DNA of 64,000 nt from Spirochaetia bacterium (GCA_965140585.1 OZ223265.1:160001-224000), one strand, 5' to 3'. Numbered from the stretch's first letter, positions 9,123 to 20,154 are shown. Numbers and translations: made by a program. The notes: generated by a model from the sequence alone, not told the origin.

Positions 9123-10652
9123 CTACCTGGCATATTCAGTAACTCTTGTCTCCCTGATAATAGTTACCTTAATTCTGCCCGGATAACGCAATTCATCTTC
9201 AATCTTTTTGGCAATATCCTTTGCCAGCAGTTTAGAATCATCATCAGTCACAGATTCATTATTAACCATGATTCTAAGCTCTCTTCCTGCCTGAATGGCA
9301 AAAGCTTTAGTTACACCGCCGAAGCCCTCAGCAATATTTTCAAGGTTTTCAAGTCTCTTTATATAATTATTTAGAGTTTCCCTTCTTGCTCCAGGTCTTG
9401 AGGCCGAAATAGCATCTGCAACCTGAACAATAATAGCTTCGATAGTAGTCGGTTCAATATCATTGTGATGCGAAATAATTGCATTAATTACCCGGGGATC
9501 TTCACCCATCTTCTTTGCAAGACTTGCACCGAGTTCTGCATGATTTTCATCACCTTCACTCTCAATACCCTTGCCAATATCATGGAGAAGCGCACCTCTT
9601 TTAGCAATTTCTACATCTGCACCAACTTCTGAGGCAATCATTCCTGCAATAACTGCAACCTCTTTGGAATGGTCAAGAACATTCTGTGTATAACTTGTTC
9701 TGTACTTTAATCTTCCAAGAGCCCTGATTCCTTCCTGGTGAATATTATGAAGGCCTAAGTCAAAAACAACCTTCTCACCTTCTTCTATGATGGTCTGATT
9801 AATCTCTTTTGTGACTTTGTGAACTACTTCTTCAATTCTGGCGGGATGAATTCTTCCATCAGAAATGAGTCTTTCAAGCGCAGTTCTGGCGATTTCCTTT
9901 CTTACGGGATCAAAACATGAAATTACTACAGCCTCTGGAGTATCATCAATAATGATATCAACACCTGTAAGAGTTTCCAGCGATCTTATATTCCGCCCTT
10001 CACGACCGATAATCCGGCCTTTCATTTCATCATTCGGCAGACTTACTGATGTAATAGTTACATCAGAGCTGACCTCAGTAGCAATACGCTGAATAGTACT
10101 GACAACGATATCTCTGGCCTTTTTCTCTGCATTTTTCTGAGCTTCCTGTTCAACCTTATTGATTAGGACTACAGCATCTTTGCGCGCCTCGTCTTCCATT
10201 GATTTGATAATCAAATCCTTGGCTTCCTCGGTAGAGATTCCGGCTATTTTCTCAAGTTCAGCCTTCCATCGTATTTCTTCTTCTGATAAAACTCTTTCTT
10301 TTTCTTTTAACTTATCCTCTCGTACACTAATCGCACGTTCCTGATTTTCCAGGGACGCGGATTTTTTGTCTAGATTTTCTTCTTTCTGTAACGACCTTCT
10401 CTCAAGTCTTTGTATTTCATTTCTTCTTTCTCTGAGCTCTTTTTCCTGCTGAGCTCTTTCTTTAAGAAGCTGATCCTTAGTCTCAAGCAGCAACTCGCGC
10501 TTTTTGGCTTCTGCTTCTTTCAAAGCATCCTGATTTAGCCGCGCAGCTTTCTGCTCTGAGGAGGACAGCTGAAATCTGGCATAAAGCCATCTAATCGTCC
10601 AACCTAGAACTGTTCCAACGAGAGGAAGGATTATCAACTTAATATCAAGCAT
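9123..10652 (-). CDS. rny: Ribonuclease Y
   Basis: N-terminal TM and coiled coil, KH motif MKGRIIGREGRNIR, HD motif LLHDIGK, ADAISASRPGAR. Confidence 0.97.
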   Translation of the reverse strand: MLDIKLIILPLVGTVLGWTIRWLYARFQLSSSEQKAARLNQDALKEAEAKKRELLLETKDQLLKERAQQEKELRERRNEIQRLERRSLQKEENLDKKSASLENQERAISVREDKLKEKERVLSEEEIRWKAELEKIAGISTEEAKDLIIKSMEDEARKDAVVLINKVEQEAQKNAEKKARDIVVSTIQRIATEVSSDVTITSVSLPNDEMKGRIIGREGRNIRSLETLTGVDIIIDDTPEAVVISCFDPVRKEIARTALERLISDGRIHPARIEEVVHKVTKEINQTIIEEGEKVVFDLGLHNIHQEGIRALGRLKYRTSYTQNVLDHSKEVAVIAGMIASEVGADVEIAKRGALLHDIGKGIESEGDENHAELGASLAKKMGEDPRVINAIISHHNDIEPTTIEAIIVQVADAISASRPGARRETLNNYIKRLENLENIAEGFGGVTKAFAIQAGRELRIMVNNESVTDDDSKLLAKDIAKKIEDELRYPGRIKVTIIRETRVTEYAR

Positions 10653-10715
10653 AATCTTCCTCCATTTTAAAGTGAAACTTACCTGAACCAATTATATTTG
10701 AAGAATTTCTATTGG

Positions 10716-13700
10716 TCAAGCAAGTTGTTCTTTTAATATTTTTATATATTCCTCCATACTGCCCTTATCCTTTTTTAATCCTACAAAAAGGTATGCTTCT
10801 GTATCTCTGAATTTTACAGGTATATACAGATATCCGCTAAAATGCACTCTGTCTTCTTTCTTAATTCTTGAATCAATTGCATCTATACCAGTTGTGCTCT
10901 TTTTAATAAAGACGTACTGCTTCCTTTTTATGATCTGCAGGTAAAACGGCTCAGTATCCTTAAAAAACATCAGGGTTCTGCTCTTAGCATCCATACCTAC
11001 TGAATATTCAACCTTTATCTTGTTACCCTGGGATGTGAACACCGCAGCGCATAAAGCATCCATTTTCTGCGTAATTCTTAACAGTGATTTGGATATACCG
11101 GTGATATTCGCACTGAAATTATTGAGGTAAAAATCATAATCAAAACCATCAGGGTTAAAAAGCTGTGAATCGGAAGATTGCTCAATTTCCTTTTCCGGAG
11201 CCTCTGCTGGCAATCCAAGATCAAACAGGTCAACTTCTCTATCTTTAAATATTGATAATGACTCTTCTTCAGCATCTTCCTCAACGCTAATTATAGAATC
11301 AACCAGTTCTTTAAATGTATTATCCTTTGCTACTGAATTAGCAATTGTTTTTTCATTTATCCTGAAAACGCCATCTTCTTCCTGAATACTGTTATCAGAA
11401 GGACCGCCTGTTTTAAGATAAACAGATTCTGCAGATTCCACTTCAATTAGATTTTTCTTAATTACAGATTCTAAATCTTTTAGAAAATCACGTTCAGCAG
11501 GCGAAATTGAAACTTCTTCCTTAACAGTTACTGTATCAGATTCTTTTATCGCTATCGAGGCTGCCGGCTGCATATGCTCCGGCACCCTATCCGCTATAAC
11601 TCTGGAACTTTCCCCCTTAAGAGCGCGGAAATCAATATTATAGTTATAAGAAGTATAGAAATTGTCTGTTCTGCTTCCAGATACAGTGTGCTCAATTTCT
11701 ATTATATTTGAGACCTCTTCATCAGCAGTCTCAAAAGCAGGGAGCTCCTCAAGCTGCTCCTCTACTTCAGAAAGCTCCTTCTCAAACTCCTCTTCATTAA
11801 TATCCTCTGCATCAAGGGTTTCCAGTTCTTCCGAAACGAAGTCTTCATGTACATAATCCTGAGAATCAGTTTCCTCAACTTCTTCAAGTTCATCCAATTC
11901 TTCAAGTTCTTCCAATTCTGCATCATCTACATTTGAAACTTCGATTGATTCAGTTTCTGTTGAAGCAGTTTCGAGCTCTGCAAATTCCTCATCAAGCTCT
12001 TCCAAATCATCCAGTTCTGATAATTCTTCAAGGTCTTCAGGTTCAAGCTCATCTGCAAGATCATCATAATCATTTTCAGCTTCAAGTTCTTCATCATCAA
12101 AAACACCGATATCACCTTCAATATTCTCTTCCTGAAAAAGAATTTCCAAATCAAGCGGTTCGGTTTTTAATAAATTCATATCCGGATAAAGCACTTGTAG
12201 TTTTTCCTGAAGGCTTTCACCGGAAAGCTCTTTATCATTTTCAAGCGCTAATTCTGTTTTATTATCTAACTCTTCAACAAAAATACTATCAGGGCTATTA
12301 AAAACCAAAGACTGTTCTGAATCAGTTCCGATATACTCCGGCTGAATCGCTTCAAGAGCCGCCGGCGCCTCAGCAACTTCAACATCAGCTAAGTCTTCTA
12401 ATTCTTCAGTTTCCAAATCTGAAACAGGCTCAGTGTCTTCTGAGTCTTCAACAGACAAAGACTCTGAATCCGCAATTTCGACAACCTCTGAGAGTTCTTC
12501 ATCTGTTTCATCAAGCTCAGCTAATTCTTCAAGCTCTTCAAGCTCTTCAAGTTCTAAAAGGTCCTCCGGCTCCTCAGCCACTTCAACATCAGCTAAGTCT
12601 TCTAATTCTTCAGTTTCCAAATCTGAAACAGGCTCGGTGTCTTCTGAGTCTTCAACAGACAAAGACTCTGAATCCGCAATTTCTACAACCTCTGAGAGTT
12701 CTTCATCTGTTTCATCAAGCTCAGCTAATTCTTCAAGTTCTTCAAGGTCCTCCGGCTCCTCAGCCGATTCAACATCAGCTAATTCGGCTAATTCTTCAGT
12801 TTCCAAATCTGAAACAAGTTCAGCGTCTTCTATTTCCTCAGCATCCTTAATTTCTTCAATTTCTACAGGTTCGGACTTATCATCAGATTCGACCAAATCT
12901 AAAGGCAGAATTTCTTCACCAAAATCAAGTTCTTCAGTATCTTCAATTTGCTCTACTGCGTTTGTCGTACCACTTACGTTAACAGATGTTGGAGATTGAC
13001 CTGCTCCAGCCGCTGATACAGAGGCAGACAATTTAACATTGTCACCTGATATAACTATATTACTCTTTGATAGAGCTTCTTTGATTATCTCTTCAATATT
13101 TTCCAGCTGTGGTCTGGCAACCGGCTGCTGTATACTTTTTTCAGAAATTAGACTGATAATTTCTTCCCAATTTTTCTCTATTATCTCGTCTGCATCCTTC
13201 TTAGATGCCTTTCTACCAAGACCTTTTTTTATCTGCCTGTTTATAATCTCTTTTTTTTCAATAATATTAGTTTGTACGCCAGTCCAGTCTATTTCTTCTT
13301 TCCGGTCAACAAACTGCTGCAGAAAACTCATTTGAAGCTTCTTTATTCTGTCATTAATAACTATGTCCGAATCTTGATTTATATTAAAGATAAGAAATAC
13401 TATTAGAAAAATTGTTATGCCAAATGCAGCAACTAGTAAAAACTTAAGATTCCTTGTCAGAATAAAATCAACTGAGTCAACTGCAAGACCGCTATAACCT
13501 CCGTTTTCCAAACGGCTGCTGAATATGAATAGTTCTGTGCTCTCATCGGTAACCGGAATAATCACAAAAGCGTCATTTTCATTTTTAAATTTATCTTCAA
13601 TCTCAGCCCTAATATCATTTTTGCCAGCGATATTAAGTCCGGATAGATAACCATTCACTAAAACATTGAAATCTCTTCCAAGTTCAACCGCATTTACTTT

Positions 13701-14309
13701 TATCAAATATTGGTATAAATCCTTTTCTGCTACATAAAATGCGGCTGCACCTTTTAAAGTGTTAATATTGTCATACACCGGGAAAAAGTATTCGAATAAA
13801 GCTTTTTCGGGGTTTGCCATCACAAAAGGACCTTCACTTACCCGCTTAAAAATATCAGTTAATAATATCCCCTCACTCTCTTCATCGAAATTATTATATA
13901 TTTTCTTATATCTGCTGTCTTCTTTAAGGTCCTGAGAAAGTGAGCTATAATGAATATTTCTGTTTTGATCTATGAGACGCATAAAGAGTAAGCCGGGATT
14001 TTCTTTTTTTAATACTGATACAAGATTAGAAGTTGAAAAGATATCTTCCTCACTTATATTTGGAAGATAATTTCTTGCTATTGAACTATTCTCATTGATC
14101 ACAGAAAATGATTCTATCTTTAGAGAGTGATATTTCTCAATGTTGGTTTTTAAAACTTCAGATTCCTGCTGTTTAAAATCCTTCACCCTGGAATGATAGA
14201 AGGTGGTTTCAATATAATCGAAAAGTCCAGAATAGGAGATCACGATAAAACCGGCAAAGAGGATAACACTTATTAATAAACTGACTGCAAATTTCAGTCC
14301 GGATCTCAT
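10716..14309 (-). CDS. Large membrane protein: TM, periplasmic domain, TM, long acidic repeat region, C-terminal globular (GAF-like) domain; function unknown
   Basis: 1197-aa ORF with two hydrophobic segments (about aa 7-26 and 290-308) and several hundred D/E-rich residues. Confidence 0.8.
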   Translation of the reverse strand: MRSGLKFAVSLLISVILFAGFIVISYSGLFDYIETTFYHSRVKDFKQQESEVLKTNIEKYHSLKIESFSVINENSSIARNYLPNISEEDIFSTSNLVSVLKKENPGLLFMRLIDQNRNIHYSSLSQDLKEDSRYKKIYNNFDEESEGILLTDIFKRVSEGPFVMANPEKALFEYFFPVYDNINTLKGAAAFYVAEKDLYQYLIKVNAVELGRDFNVLVNGYLSGLNIAGKNDIRAEIEDKFKNENDAFVIIPVTDESTELFIFSSRLENGGYSGLAVDSVDFILTRNLKFLLVAAFGITIFLIVFLIFNINQDSDIVINDRIKKLQMSFLQQFVDRKEEIDWTGVQTNIIEKKEIINRQIKKGLGRKASKKDADEIIEKNWEEIISLISEKSIQQPVARPQLENIEEIIKEALSKSNIVISGDNVKLSASVSAAGAGQSPTSVNVSGTTNAVEQIEDTEELDFGEEILPLDLVESDDKSEPVEIEEIKDAEEIEDAELVSDLETEELAELADVESAEEPEDLEELEELAELDETDEELSEVVEIADSESLSVEDSEDTEPVSDLETEELEDLADVEVAEEPEDLLELEELEELEELAELDETDEELSEVVEIADSESLSVEDSEDTEPVSDLETEELEDLADVEVAEAPAALEAIQPEYIGTDSEQSLVFNSPDSIFVEELDNKTELALENDKELSGESLQEKLQVLYPDMNLLKTEPLDLEILFQEENIEGDIGVFDDEELEAENDYDDLADELEPEDLEELSELDDLEELDEEFAELETASTETESIEVSNVDDAELEELEELDELEEVEETDSQDYVHEDFVSEELETLDAEDINEEEFEKELSEVEEQLEELPAFETADEEVSNIIEIEHTVSGSRTDNFYTSYNYNIDFRALKGESSRVIADRVPEHMQPAASIAIKESDTVTVKEEVSISPAERDFLKDLESVIKKNLIEVESAESVYLKTGGPSDNSIQEEDGVFRINEKTIANSVAKDNTFKELVDSIISVEEDAEEESLSIFKDREVDLFDLGLPAEAPEKEIEQSSDSQLFNPDGFDYDFYLNNFSANITGISKSLLRITQKMDALCAAVFTSQGNKIKVEYSVGMDAKSRTLMFFKDTEPFYLQIIKRKQYVFIKKSTTGIDAIDSRIKKEDRVHFSGYLYIPVKFRDTEAYLFVGLKKDKGSMEEYIKILKEQLA
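12369..12816. repeat. Intragenic in-frame tandem repeat (units of about 204 and 186 bp plus a partial third)
   Basis: Units begin at about 12371, 12575 and 12761 with near-identical DNA. They encode EELEELAELDETDEELSEVVEIADSESLSVEDSEDTEPVSDLETEELEDLADVEVAE twice. Confidence 0.92.
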
Positions 14310-14350
14310 TAAACCACTGGTCTCCAGCTAAAAAACATTTATTCCTTTTA

Positions 14351-14378
14351 ATATCGGCACTTAACAGCAAATATTATA
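14351..14378 (-). promoter_or_regulatory. Putative sigma28 (FliA) promoter for the acidic protein gene
   Basis: Minus strand TATAA-N15-GCCGATAT, about 40 nt upstream of ATG 14309 and downstream of the rplQ terminator. Confidence 0.45.
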
Positions 14379-14420
14379 GCGCATTTTTGCCAGAGTAACC
14401 GTTATCATAATGCTTTGAGG

Positions 14421-14453
14421 AAAAAAAAGAGGTGCCTTTCAGCACCTCCTTTT
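14421..14453 (-). terminator. Rho-independent terminator of the ribosomal protein supercluster
   Basis: GAGGTGC/GCACCTC stem with a 6-nt loop and an 8-nt U-tract on the minus strand. Confidence 0.85.
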
Positions 14454-14469
14454 CAGATATGTTGATTCT

Positions 14470-15063
14470 TTATTTGTCTTCTTCAACTGTTTCGGCGTCT
14501 TCAGCCTTTTCTTCAACTTCAGTAGCTTTATCTTCTACAGCATCTGCTTCAGTTTCTTCAACCGCGGCTTCTTCTACTGCAGCTTCTTCAGTTACAGGAG
14601 CTGTTTCCTTAACAGGAGCATCCTTTTTAACTTCAGTTTTTACTGCGGCCTTAGGCTCAGCTGATTTTTTTGCTTTTGCAGGCTTCTTCTTTTTTGTCTC
14701 AGATTCTTCCTCAGAAACGAGTTCAAGAATAACCATTTCAGCAGCATCGCCTTTCCTGAAACCAAGCTTGTAGATTCTGGTGTACCCACCAGGTCGTGTA
14801 GCATTTCTCGGCCCGATTTCAGTAAAAAGCTTATTAAGAACTTCACCGTCCTTAATATCTTTGTTAATAATCCTTCTATTATGAACAGAATCACTTTTAG
14901 CTCTGGTGATCATCTTCTCAGCAGTTCTTCTGATCTCAAGAGCTTTTGCCTTGGTAGTTGTAATTCTTTCATGTTTGAATAGAGAGGTTACCATATTTCT
15001 ATGTAAAGCCTTTCTGTGGCTTGATTTCCTGCTGAGCTTGTTAAAACCAACTCTATGCTTCAT
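14470..15063 (-). CDS. rplQ: 50S ribosomal protein L17 with long C-terminal tail
   Basis: [20 protein letters not shown]...RPGGYTRI...[11 protein letters not shown]. Confidence 0.97.
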   Translation of the reverse strand: MKHRVGFNKLSRKSSHRKALHRNMVTSLFKHERITTTKAKALEIRRTAEKMITRAKSDSVHNRRIINKDIKDGEVLNKLFTEIGPRNATRPGGYTRIYKLGFRKGDAAEMVILELVSEEESETKKKKPAKAKKSAEPKAAVKTEVKKDAPVKETAPVTEEAAVEEAAVEETEADAVEDKATEVEEKAEDAETVEEDK

Positions 15064-16108
15064 TTGCTTCTTCCTTCTTCGACTGTAATTTTCTTGAAGT
15101 CTTAAGCACGCTGTAATCAGTCATACCAAGACTAAGACCCCATTCACTGAGCTTTTCTTTAATTTCAAGAAGAGATTTTTTACCAAAATTTCTTGTTTTA
15201 GCAATTTCATCTTCACTTCTTCTTGTAAGGTCACCAATTGTCTTAATATTAGCGTTCTTAAGGCAATTACTGGATCTCACTGAAAGTTCAAGCTCTTCAA
15301 CAGGTGTGTCGAGGATAGTTTTGATTCGCTCTTCTTCCTCGTCAACTTCTTCATCACCGCCAATTGCATCTTCATCAAAATTGATGAATATGGTGAAATG
15401 ATCCTTAGCAATTTTTGCAGCCTCAGCAACGGCATCTTCAGGAGAAATTGTACCGTCTGTTTCTACATCAAGTACCAGTTTGTCATAGTCATTTCGCTGA
15501 CCGACTCTTGTATTCTCTATATCGTAACTGACTTTCACTATCGGTGAAAATACTGAATCAATTGCAATTGTTCCAATTACCTCAATGTACTGCTCGTTAA
15601 CCTCTGCAGGGACATAGCCCCTTCCGAGATCAATCTGAACTTCTACATCAAGATTAGCTTTATCCATCAAAGTTGCAATTACAAGATCTTCATTGAAAAT
15701 TTCAATGTCCTCGTCAACTTTAAAATCAGCACCTGTGATTTTTCCGCCGCCCTTGAATTCAAGGTTAAGGATCTTCTGTTCAACTTCTTCAGGAAGCTTG
15801 ATTTTCAGTTTCTTAAGGTTATTAATAACCTCCGGAGTATCTTCTACTACCTCAGGTATTGCCTCAAACTCACTGGAAATCATATGAGGAGTGCCTTCTT
15901 TATCATAACTGGTTATCTTAACTGCTGTCACAGAATAACCCTGTATAGAAGAAAGCAGAATCCTTCTCAGTGTATTTCCGATGGTAGTTCCAAATCCCCT
16001 TTCGAACGGATAAGCTGTAAATCTTCCGATATTATTGCTTAATTCACTGTGCTCAAAGGATATACCTTTCGGCTTCTTAAATCCCTTTAAAAGATTTTTC
16101 CTCGCCAT
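15053..16108 (-). CDS. rpoA: RNA polymerase alpha subunit
   Basis: [37 protein letters not shown]. Confidence 0.98.
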   Translation of the reverse strand: MARKNLLKGFKKPKGISFEHSELSNNIGRFTAYPFERGFGTTIGNTLRRILLSSIQGYSVTAVKITSYDKEGTPHMISSEFEAIPEVVEDTPEVINNLKKLKIKLPEEVEQKILNLEFKGGGKITGADFKVDEDIEIFNEDLVIATLMDKANLDVEVQIDLGRGYVPAEVNEQYIEVIGTIAIDSVFSPIVKVSYDIENTRVGQRNDYDKLVLDVETDGTISPEDAVAEAAKIAKDHFTIFINFDEDAIGGDEEVDEEEERIKTILDTPVEELELSVRSSNCLKNANIKTIGDLTRRSEDEIAKTRNFGKKSLLEIKEKLSEWGLSLGMTDYSVLKTSRKLQSKKEEANEA

Positions 16109-16125
16109 GTGCACTCCCTGTTTTT

Positions 16126-16761
16126 TTATCTTGAATAGAGCTCAACGACCAGCTGCTCATTGATCTCAGCAAGGTCGGCGACATCACTTCTTAATGGTAA
16201 CGCTTTTACGCTTCCTTTCATTGCATCAGGATCTACCTGAAGCCAAGGATAAACACCGGACTTGGTGTATTCTTTCAGACTGTCTTTTATAACAGTAAGT
16301 TTTTTGCTGTTCTCACCAACTTCGATTACGTCGTTTTCCTTTACAATATAGGAGGCGATAGTAACTCTTTTTCCGTTAACAAAGATATGTCCATGAGAAA
16401 CAAGCTGTCTTGCCTGATTTCTTGATGAAGCAAACCTCATTCTGAAAACGATATTATCGAGTCTTCTTTCAAGAAGGACAATAAGGTTTTCACCTGTCTT
16501 TCCCTTCATTTTTTCAGCTTTATCGAAAGTAAGCTTGAACTGTTTCTCAAGCATACCATAAGTTCTTTTAAGCTTCTGTTTTTCCCTGAGCTGAACACCG
16601 TAGTCAGAGAGCTTACCAGCTCTTGTCTTCGGACCCTTTCCAGGAGGATTTCGTTTCTTTGTAATAGGACATTTAGTGCTTCTGCATCTTTCGCCCTTAA
16701 GATAAAGTCTTTTCTTCTCAGCTCTGCACAATCTACACTGTGGCCCTGTATTTCTTGCCAT
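16126..16761 (-). CDS. rpsD: 30S ribosomal protein S4
   Basis: [37 protein letters not shown]. Confidence 0.98.
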   Translation of the reverse strand: MARNTGPQCRLCRAEKKRLYLKGERCRSTKCPITKKRNPPGKGPKTRAGKLSDYGVQLREKQKLKRTYGMLEKQFKLTFDKAEKMKGKTGENLIVLLERRLDNIVFRMRFASSRNQARQLVSHGHIFVNGKRVTIASYIVKENDVIEVGENSKKLTVIKDSLKEYTKSGVYPWLQVDPDAMKGSVKALPLRSDVADLAEINEQLVVELYSR

Positions 16762-16778
16762 TTCCTGTCTCCCTCTAC

Positions 16779-17159
16779 CTATACTCTTCTGCTCTTTCTG
16801 GGTCTGCAGCCGTTATGAGGTATAGGAGTAACATCGATGATACCCTTAACCCACAGTCCAAGATTACCGAGAGATCTGATAGCAGACTCTCTGCCTACAC
16901 CGGGACCCTTTACATATACGTAGACTTCTCTGAGACCGTAATCCATAGCTTTCTTAGCCGCAGTCTCTGCAGTAGTCTGTGCTGCGTAGGGAGTAGATTT
17001 TTTCGCACCCCTGAAACCAAGTCCACCGGCACTTGCCCATGATACAGCATTTCCGTTTAAATCGGTAATTGTAACAATAGTATTGTTAAAAGTAGCCTGA
17101 ATATAGACGTTACCTTCTTGTACCGTCTTTTTATCTTTCTTTTTCTTTACCTTAGCCAA
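16779..17159 (-). CDS. rpsK: 30S ribosomal protein S11
   Basis: [32 protein letters not shown]; TTG start. Confidence 0.98.
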   Translation of the reverse strand: MAKVKKKKDKKTVQEGNVYIQATFNNTIVTITDLNGNAVSWASAGGLGFRGAKKSTPYAAQTTAETAAKKAMDYGLREVYVYVKGPGVGRESAIRSLGNLGLWVKGIIDVTPIPHNGCRPRKSRRV

Positions 17160-17176
17160 TCTCAATTCCCTCCGAC

Positions 17177-17551
17177 TTATTTACCAGCTTTCTTCTTTCC
17201 AGCAACGGTCTTTTTCTTACCCTTTCTGGTTCTAGCATTGGTCTTTGTTCTCTGACCTCTTACCGGTAAGCCTCTTCTATGTCTAAGACCTCTGTAACAT
17301 CCGATGTCCATGAGTCTCTTAATATTAAGCGCGGTCTCTGTTCGAAGTCTTCCTTCAACTTTATACTCATTATCAAGTATCTGGCGAAGCTTGGCTATAT
17401 CATCACTTGAAAGGTCATTTATATTACTTTCTGGACTGACATCAAGCTTTTTACAGATTTCTAAAGCTGTTGTTCTGCCTATTCCATAGATGTATGTTAA
17501 AGCTATTTTAATCTGTTTATTTGGGAGGTCAACACCCGAAATTCGTGCCAT
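17177..17551 (-). CDS. rpsM: 30S ribosomal protein S13
   Basis: [36 protein letters not shown]. Confidence 0.98.
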   Translation of the reverse strand: MARISGVDLPNKQIKIALTYIYGIGRTTALEICKKLDVSPESNINDLSSDDIAKLRQILDNEYKVEGRLRTETALNIKRLMDIGCYRGLRHRRGLPVRGQRTKTNARTRKGKKKTVAGKKKAGK

Positions 17552-17560
17552 AAAATACTC

Positions 17561-17674
17561 CTACCTCTGTCTCTGTTTGTGTTTTGGATTCTCACACAGT
17601 ATGCGGAGCACACCCCGTCTTCTTATAACCTTGCATTTATCACACATTGGTTTAACACTTGCTCTGACTTTCAT
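17561..17674 (-). CDS. rpmJ: 50S ribosomal protein L36
   Basis: Below the ORF-track cutoff. Manual translation: [37 protein letters not shown]. Confidence 0.97.
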   Translation of the reverse strand: MKVRASVKPMCDKCKVIRRRGVLRILCENPKHKQRQR

Positions 17675-17686
17675 CATCTACCTCTT

Positions 17687-19009
17687 CTAAAGATTCCTTG
17701 ATCTTATTTTTCCTTTCTTCACAAATCCATCCTGATGATGCATCCTGAGATGACCTTCGATCTGTGACATCGTATCCAGGTCAACACCAACCATAATCAG
17801 CAGTGAAGTTCCGCCCAATAACATTGCCGCAGAGGCGGGAAAATTAAATACTGATTGTACAATAGTCGGTATGATCGCTATAAACGCCAGGAAGAGAGCA
17901 CCCGGTAAAATTATCCTGGCAAGTATCTTGTTCAGGTGCTCTTCAAGTTTATCTGATCTGACACCAGGAATCGAACCGCCGTTTTCTCTAATCTGTTTTG
18001 CTATCTCCATGGGGTTTAAAGTTGCCTGAGTATAGAAGTAAGCAAAAAAGATGATCAGCAGCGTATATATAATAAGATAAGCCGGACCTCTAGGTCTTAA
18101 CCAGTAAGCAAAACTGGAAAGCCATTTGACATCTCCGCCAAGACTGTTAGCAATCTGCAAAAGAAACGTCAGAATTGATGACGCAAAAATTACAGGTATA
18201 ACTCCTGACGGGTTAATCTTAAAGGGAATGTAAGTACTTTGAGCACCGTACATTTTTCTTCCGACTACCCTTTTAGCATAGTGAACCGGTATTTTTCGCT
18301 GTCCCTGCTGCTCGTAAATAACAAGTGCAACAACAACTACAAACATTGCAAGAACAATGATTACGAAAACCGGATTAAGAGAATCTTCTCTTACTGCTCT
18401 GATTATTGATACAAACGCATTAGGCATTCTGGCAACGATACCTGCGAAAATTATGAGCGATATACCGTTTCCAACGCCTCTCTGAGTTATCTGTTCACCC
18501 ATCCACATCAGGAACAGAGTTCCTGTAGTTACTGTCAGCATTGCAATAACAGAATAAGCAAGTCTGCTCATTGTAATTGCATCAGGAATCTGATTAGCAT
18601 AAATAGTAACCGCATATGACTGCACGAGACAAACAACTACCGTACCGTACCTTACATATTTCTGTATCTTCTTTCTTCCGCCGTCTTCTTCTGATATTTT
18701 CTTTAAGAAAGGAAATACCATTAAAAGAAGCTGCATGATAATAGACATTGATATATAGGGCATAATACCAAGCATAAAAATAGAGAAGTTTTTGAATCCT
18801 CCACCTGAAAAGAAATCAATATACTCAGTAACTCCTATTCCTCCTGCGGCATCCTGTGACATGAAGTATAACTTCAAAGCGTTCAGGTTAATACCAGGAA
18901 TAGGAATAGCTACACCCAGTCTGTATACTACCAGCATCAGAATAGTAAAAAGGATTCTATCTCTTAAATCCTTTACACGCATCATGTCTGCAAGTTTATT
19001 TCCGGCCAT
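17687..19009 (-). CDS. secY: Preprotein translocase SecY
   Basis: LGIMPYIS, WMGEQITQRGVGNGISLIIF, GVIPVIFAS, GGTSLLI. Confidence 0.98.
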   Translation of the reverse strand: MAGNKLADMMRVKDLRDRILFTILMLVVYRLGVAIPIPGINLNALKLYFMSQDAAGGIGVTEYIDFFSGGGFKNFSIFMLGIMPYISMSIIMQLLLMVFPFLKKISEEDGGRKKIQKYVRYGTVVVCLVQSYAVTIYANQIPDAITMSRLAYSVIAMLTVTTGTLFLMWMGEQITQRGVGNGISLIIFAGIVARMPNAFVSIIRAVREDSLNPVFVIIVLAMFVVVVALVIYEQQGQRKIPVHYAKRVVGRKMYGAQSTYIPFKINPSGVIPVIFASSILTFLLQIANSLGGDVKWLSSFAYWLRPRGPAYLIIYTLLIIFFAYFYTQATLNPMEIAKQIRENGGSIPGVRSDKLEEHLNKILARIILPGALFLAFIAIIPTIVQSVFNFPASAAMLLGGTSLLIMVGVDLDTMSQIEGHLRMHHQDGFVKKGKIRSRNL

Positions 19010-19010
19010 C

Positions 19011-19457
19011 CTAACCTTCTTTAACTACAATATTTCCGCCGGCCTTTTCAATTTTCTCTTTTGCACCGGCTGAGATTTTTTCAATTTCAACTGTAAGCTT
19101 CTTGTCTATATCACCCTCACCGAGTATTTTAACAAGCTTATTCTTACCTTTAAGTATGCCTTTTTCACGAAGAGTATCCATATTTACGACCTCTCCATCA
19201 GCATACTTTTCGCTGAGTTCTTTAAGATTAATGGTCTTATATTCTACCTTGAAAGGATAGTTAGAGAAACCTCTGCTTGCTATCCTTCTGTAGAGCGGCA
19301 TCTGACCGCCTTCAAATCCGGGTCTTACTCCACCGCCTGATCTTGCATTCTGACCATTGCTGCCTCGACCGCTTGTCCCGCCTCTTCTTGAACCGTTACC
19401 GCGACCCTTTATTCTTTTCTTACTGGTTGCGCCAGCAGGTAATTTAATATCACTCAT
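19011..19457 (-). CDS. rplO: 50S ribosomal protein L15
   Basis: GFEGGQMPLYRR; spc operon position. Confidence 0.97.
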   Translation of the reverse strand: MSDIKLPAGATSKKRIKGRGNGSRRGGTSGRGSNGQNARSGGGVRPGFEGGQMPLYRRIASRGFSNYPFKVEYKTINLKELSEKYADGEVVNMDTLREKGILKGKNKLVKILGEGDIDKKLTVEIEKISAGAKEKIEKAGGNIVVKEG

Positions 19458-19459
19458 AA

Positions 19460-19648
19460 TCAGTTAATCTCCTCGACCTTAACGAGATGTGAGACAGTAT
19501 TGACCATGCCTAAGATAGCCGGGTTTGCTTCTTTAACAACCGACTGGCTGATCTTTCTAAGCCCGAGAGCTTTAAGTGTCTTAACCTGATTTGGTTTTCT
19601 GCCGATATAGCTTCTAACCAGTTCAATCTTTATCTTCTTATCAGCCAT
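19460..19648 (-). CDS. rpmD: 50S ribosomal protein L30
   Basis: [10 protein letters not shown]...[10 protein letters not shown]. Confidence 0.96.
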   Translation of the reverse strand: MADKKIKIELVRSYIGRKPNQVKTLKALGLRKISQSVVKEANPAILGMVNTVSHLVKVEEIN

Positions 19649-19650
19649 TT

Positions 19651-20145
19651 CTAACCCCACATATCAGCAAGAGTTTTACCTCTGCCCTTGGCTATGCTCT
19701 TGGCGTTCATCATATTTTCAAGTCCGTTAAAAACAGCCTTTGTAATATTCATAACATTTTTTGAACCAAGAGATTTGCTGAGAATATTGTTTATTCCGCT
19801 TACTTCCATTACAGCACGAACGGGTCCACCGGCGATAATACCGGTACCGGGTGCAGCAGGCTTCAGAATAACTTTGGCGCTTTTAAATTCACCAATATAT
19901 TCATGCGGAAGTGTGTCGTTTTTAATGGGTACAGTAATAAGGTTGCTTTTGGCTTTTTCAACGCTTTTTCTAATAGCTTCAGAAACATCATTAGCCTTTC
20001 CAAATCCGTATCCGACTCTTCCATTCTGATCACCGACAACTACCAGTGCGGAGAATGAAAATCGTCTACCACCTTTTACTACTTTGGCTACCCTGTTGAG
20101 CTTAATCAGCTTTTCAACGTATTCTTTTTCGTTTACAGCGTCCAA
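19651..20145 (-). CDS. rpsE: 30S ribosomal protein S5
   Basis: [33 protein letters not shown]. Confidence 0.98.
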   Translation of the reverse strand: MDAVNEKEYVEKLIKLNRVAKVVKGGRRFSFSALVVVGDQNGRVGYGFGKANDVSEAIRKSVEKAKSNLITVPIKNDTLPHEYIGEFKSAKVILKPAAPGTGIIAGGPVRAVMEVSGINNILSKSLGSKNVMNITKAVFNGLENMMNAKSIAKGRGKTLADMWG

Positions 20146-20154
20146 GTTCTCCTC

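Noticed and set aside
12369-12816. Repeat array considered as CRISPR
   Set aside because: Long in-frame coding units with no unique spacers and no cas genes.
12433-12999. 188-aa Ser-rich plus-strand ORF (also 14432-14773)
   Set aside because: Antisense shadow of Glu-rich codons (GAA read as TCT/TCA/TTC) in the acidic protein and the L17 tail; no RBS or independent signal.
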